A stretch of 63,917 nucleotides of DNA, the filler included, from Octopus bimaculoides (Eukaryota), in NCBI RefSeq assembly GCF_001194135.2. It is 5 parts of 4 records of this genome, joined end to end, with 100 filler letters (N's around TTAATTAATTAA, not from the genome) between each part and the next. Parts side by side here need not be neighbours in the genome. Positions count along the whole stretch, not along the records: positions 58,701 to 63,917 come from NC_068984.1; 4 more parts are not named here. One strand, 5' to 3'. Positions 60,358-63,917 of this stretch are shown here, in pieces (positions within the stretch are counted from its first letter, which is position 1; each line of letters starts with the position of its first letter). Under the pieces are notes generated by a model. That model had not been told where the DNA came from and ran no database searches. It worked only from the letters and a program-made list of their open reading frames with translations. The translations under genes and the position numbers were made by a program.

Positions 60358-61914
60358 GGAGATATAATATCATGCATGCTAAGTATAACCAAAGGCATAT
60401 TTCAGTCTCTGTTTTATATTCTTAATGTTATCATACATCAGCCAACAATCAGGTGCCCTCTCTGTGTCCAGAGGTTGTTATTCCAAGACACTTCGATTCC
60501 ATTTGTGCCAGTCTGCATGCGTACAATTAGCCAAGCTCCTGTTTCTATCTATTCTTTGATTTAGTCTTTGACAGCTTCTTGCTCTCTTCCTTGCCACACT
60601 GCCAGTCAGAATAGTTTTAAGTAGTGATTCATGGCACAGTGTAGGTCCAAATTATGAAAGTTTGTTGACTTGATTCTCGACGACAAATATCTGACAGAAA
60701 TATCAATGTTGTTCGTATTCCCAAAGTAGGGAAATTCTGTTATCTGAAGCGGACCATACGGGAAAAATGACTGCTAAATAAAGAATTGTAGGAGACTTCG
60801 GTCAAAACAAGGTCTTAAGCTTATTTGTGGGGTTTAGCAGATTTAGTTCTGTGAAACTTCTCAAACACAGTTTCGTAATTCGCTTAATCTATAATGAAAT
60901 CCAACTTTATGAAAGACATTAAGATATATTATAATTTTTACATAGGAATTTTCTAGAACAATATTTCAAGAGTTTCTCTAGATTTAAGAAGGTTGAGAAA
61001 CATTGCTTTAGAGAGTCTGAGCGTACTCTTTCGACCGATGGTCACGCTCAGCTCAGAGAGTACTTGGTGACTTGGAATACTGTAAATAATCGCTTTACAC
61101 CGACCATAGTTTCACCAAGACATAATCAGATGAATGAGAGGAGCTGTGAGAAAATATATCTGACAATCTCTCTCGCTCCCTTTCTTTCTTTCTCTCTCCC
61201 TATTTCTCTCTCTCTCTTCCTTTTTCTCTCTATTCCGCTCTGCGTTGCTCGTTCCTTTTCTTTACTACTCCGCTTTGTTTTCTATATTCATAAAGGTTCC
61301 ACACATATACATTCAGGTTTGGACATGGTGTGAGATGCTTTGTAAAAGTGAACTCGTTCAGTTCGGCCCTATCGTCACGTAGAACTATTAATGAGGCAAA
61401 GCAGAAACACTGTCAAATTTAGTTGATTATTTATCTTTTTTTTTTTGTTAATCAAGATCTTGTGCTACTCCATCTTATTTGCAAAATCAAACACTTTGAC
61501 AAGACGTTTTACGGTTTAAAGCGCACTTACTAGTGTGTACACACACACACNNNNNNNNNNNNNNNNNNNNNNNNNNNNNNNNNNNNNNNNNNNNNNNNNN
61601 NNNNNNNNNNNNNNNNNNNNNNNNNNNNNNNNNNNNNNNNNNNNNNNNNNNNNNNNNNNNNNNNNNNNNNNNNNNNNNNNNNNNNNNNNNNNNNNNNNNN
61701 NNNNNNNNNNNNNNNNNNNNNNNNNNNNNNNNNNNNNNNNNNNNNNNNNNNNNNNNNNNNNNNNNNNNNNNNNNNNNNNNNNNNNNNNNNNNNNNNNNNN
61801 NNNNNNNNNNNNNNNNNNNNNNNNNNNNNNNNNNNNNNNNNNNNNNNNNNNNNNNNNNNNNNNNNNNNNNNNNNNNNNNNNNNTGTGTGTGTGTGTGTGT
61901 GTGTATGTATTTGT

Positions 61915-62120
61915 GTGTGTGTGTGTGTCCCCACCATCGCTTGACAACTGATGTCGGTGTGTGCTTGTCCCCGAAACTTATCGGTTCGGCAAATAAAGAC
62001 CGATAGAGTAAGTACTAGGCTTGCAAAAAATAAGTCCTGCGGGGCGATTTCTTCGACTAAAGGCGGTGCTTCAGCATGGCCGCAGTCAAATGAGGGAAAC
62101 GTGTAAAAGATTAAAAGAGT
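61915..62120 (+). mobile_element. SINE family A, 3' half
   Basis: ccccaccatcgcttgacaactgatg...ggttcggcaaataaagaccgatagag...aaggcggtgcttcagcatggccgcagtc. Confidence 0.85.
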
Positions 62121-62499
62121 AAATTAGTCAAAATGACAGAATAGCTGGAGAAACGTGCAGTTCTGGTTAGGTTTCTGGCAACCTTTACTTTGTCACGCCC
62201 AGCTTAATTGGTATCTCGCGCAGTCGTTACCTATATTGATTCTCCACGGGCTCTGCACAAAGCAGTATACCCAGTCCTTCTCCACCAGAATTTCAGTGCC
62301 TGGAATTCCCTCTTTCACATGTTTTTTTTTTTTTTTTCTGCAGCTGTCGCCGTCTTGGCAATTGCTTTGAAAACCTTTGAACGAGAGAGTTACAGCCCCT
62401 TCCTCCTGACACAACTTATAGAGAAGACGCATGTACTCACAGATATATGCATAAAAAGAAACTCAAATACTTGTAAATACACACTAGCATACAATTTTT

Positions 62500-62920
<421 letters not shown>

Positions 62921-63519
62921 TTTTAGTGACAACGTATTCATTGTGTATGATAATCCTGCTGTCTTCCTATATCACTCCCCCACACTTCTCTACACTACAC
63001 TCTTAAACATACCCGTATATTCCCATAAACACTTAACTCACCAAACGATTCTTGCATTGTATACAGAAACTATTCAAATGACATTACTAGAATAAAACAA
63101 AATATAGAAATAAGTATATAAAAAAAATTATATTTACGTAAAAAAAAATGAAAATCAGACAAAACCCTGATTTTTATTTTTAATTTATATGTAGTCCCTT
63201 TTTATTATATATTTATCTATGTTCCCCCTACTTGGTTATTCTATTTGAAATGCCAAATTGAACCGGGTTTCCGCTGAAGTATTTCGAGTAATGACCTGCT
63301 GACACATTTGTATTCGACCTTGCATGATTGTAGATATTTAACAGTTCTATAGTATCAACTATAATGACGTTGTTTAACATTATACCACATCCAATCCTAT
63401 TGTCCTGTGTATTATCCCAATGGAAGTTTACTACTTCGTTGGATTGAACTGGCTTTAACACGAGAATATTTATTCTTAAATTTTCATCAGTTGAGGCTGT
63501 TCTTGGCGCCGTGGTTCAG

Positions 63520-63612
63520 AAGGCATAGTTTCGGCGAGGTTCAGGTTCAGTCTCGATGTGTGCTACCTTAAGAAAGTGTCTTCTACCATTTTTCTCGGGT
63601 CGTCCAATGCAC
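63520..63612 (+). mobile_element. Degenerate SINE family A head and core
   Basis: ggttcagtctcgatgtgtgctaccttaagaaagtgtcttctacc...tcgggtcgtccaatgc. Confidence 0.5.
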
Positions 63613-63719
63613 TGTGAATGAACTTGTTAGAAGATAACTGAGCGAAATTCCATCTTATACACACATACACACACTAATTCACACATATATATGCATGTTC
63701 ATACATATATATATAAGGA

Positions 63720-63903
63720 AAAGGCAAAGGCCGACGCAGCTTCGCACCTGTGACGCCGCAACTCATTTCTACAACTGAGTGAACTGGATCAACGTGAAAT
63801 AAAGTGTCTTGCTCAAGAACACAACACGCAGCCCGGTCCGAGATTCGAACTCACAATCTCACGATCGTAAGCTCGACGCTCTAGCCACTAAGCCATGCGC
63901 CTT
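63720..63903 (-). mobile_element. SINE family C, 5' part
   Basis: Minus strand ggcgcatggcttagtggctagagcgtcgagcttacgatcgtgagattgtgagttcgaatctcgg (A and B boxes) plus the ttgagcaagacactt core. Confidence 0.85.
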
Positions 63904-63917
63904 CACAATTAAATATA

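Noticed and set aside
60985-61010. KQCFS on the minus strand as a further PABIR exon
   Set aside because: It lies upstream of the start exon, continues ST rather than SPS, and matches a hAT-type TIR (cagtgtttctcaacc).
5040-61951. Long ORFs rich in X, or in YI/CV/HT/LS repeats
   Set aside because: They are read-through of N gaps and microsatellites.

Overview
Repeat-saturated, AT-rich animal genomic DNA with many N gaps and dense microsatellites. The SINE and microsatellite landscape suggests an octopus-type cephalopod (inference, not verified). Four 100-bp scaffold spacers (44 N + TTAATTAATTAA + 44 N) split the window into five joined segments. Most long ORFs in the track are microsatellite or N read-through artefacts. 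Two host genes are recognisable on the minus strand from short spliced exons. One is a FAM122/PABIR-family PP2A-B55 regulator: three coding exons at 43121-42988, 38690-38618 and 37375-37293 with consistent splice phases. The other is the first coding exon of an EPHX4/EPHX3-like epoxide hydrolase (34719-34504). Mobile DNA includes a decayed full-length Tc1 (DD34E), a deleted mariner-type element, non-autonomous Helitrons, hAT and piggyBac-type MITEs, Gypsy RT and integrase relics (one ending in a 158-bp LTR with 15-bp inverted ends), RTE-like LINE relics, a CRE-type endonuclease relic, two Penelope-like RT regions and at least four tRNA-derived SINE families (labelled A-D here). The most notable observations are: the hidden PABIR gene and its missing 3' half; dispersed hammerhead-like motifs with a non-canonical core position 6; a Penelope RT fragment bracketed by about 200-bp inverted repeats; a Penelope ORF broken by one in-frame TGA; and a PABIR intron built almost entirely of inverted SINEs. 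All family assignments rest on motif recognition by eye; no database search was run.
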